From NCBI GenBank assembly GCA_013416795.1, contig RQSC01000031.1, positions 246,461 through 253,078 on the forward strand: 6,618 nucleotides of DNA. The letters are read 5' to 3'. Positions 6,579 to 6,618 of the stretch are shown piece by piece; the first letter of the stretch is position 1, and each line of letters begins with the position of its first letter. Both the position numbers and the translations under genes were made by a program. The DNA comes from Prasinococcaceae sp. CCMP 1430. Taxonomy: Eukaryota > Plantae > Prasinodermophyta. The notes below the pieces were generated by a model. It did not search any database and was not told where the DNA came from. It saw only the letters and a program-made list of their open reading frames with translations.

Positions 6579-6618
<40 letters not shown>
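5465..6618 (+). CDS. Double-motif (monomeric) LAGLIDADG homing endonuclease; nuclease portion about 5465-6379 (about 305 aa), frame open to the window end
   Basis: Manual translation of plus frame 2 from gccATGg, with an upstream in-frame TAA at 5411. Domain 1: CWGYGSGAFEGDGHF (motif 5621-5647) ... PLIAFKNTSERMVRLQECLF ... NPARKPYWVLKLANRGAICAIVAKMRKYLCDKKSFEARILL. A charged linker follows. Domain 2: RAWEAGVRDADG (motif 6020-6046) ... ACEIQMTCPSVILRLLRASG ... NNKPRYTFRFSRRGDVARVIGGYARFLQSEKARGAA. The two halves repeat the same LAGLIDADG pattern, and there is no stop or frameshift. Confidence 0.85.
6380..6553 (-). CDS. CTLH-domain exon of a WDR26/GID7-like protein, interrupted after LMC (possibly a gene fragment or pseudogene)
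   Basis: GCGCAG|GCG acceptor, then AMAAAWFALLQQKYLEALYSGGTAAAMRCLRQELAP...GELALAMLLMC. This resembles the WDR26-type pattern FLLLQQKYLExL...ALxxLRxELxPL...LMC as recalled. Codons are strongly G/C-ending. After LMC the frame enters the endonuclease antisense strand and stops at 6283-6281. Confidence 0.72.
6556..6618. repeat. (GCGCCC)n hexamer tandem repeat with CACACC variants, probably intronic; the window ends in it
   Basis: 6.5 perfect units at 6580-6618, with degenerate units at 6556-6579. Confidence 0.9.

Noticed and set aside
1-6618. CRISPR array, tRNA/rRNA, prokaryotic operon or transposase
   Set aside because: No spaced direct repeats, RNA-gene signatures or transposase motifs were seen. 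The genes have spliceosomal introns, so the context is eukaryotic.

Overview
This is GC-rich eukaryotic, alga-like nuclear DNA with GT-AG spliceosomal introns and a 952-N gap (4400-5351). Left of the gap, the minus strand carries a COG0523/CobW-family metal-binding GTPase (three exons, 779-2225; start exon not found). It also carries a 60S acidic ribosomal protein P2 gene (exons 4003-4130 and about 3552-3656; start codon and the conserved acidic C-terminus not found). The two genes are separated by about 1.2 kb of unrelated-looking DNA. Right of the gap is the main finding, which the supplied ORF track misses because it has no stop inside the window. It is a plus-strand, intronless ORF from ATG 5465 encoding a double-motif LAGLIDADG homing endonuclease (GSGAFEGDG ... 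EAGVRDADG, both catalytic Asp intact) with visibly foreign codon usage. Its 3' end abuts, through a small hairpin, a minus-strand CTLH-domain exon (WDR26/GID7-like) that breaks off right after the LMC motif. This looks like a free-standing, non-intein homing element inserted antisense into a nuclear protein gene. A chimeric assembly has to be excluded first.
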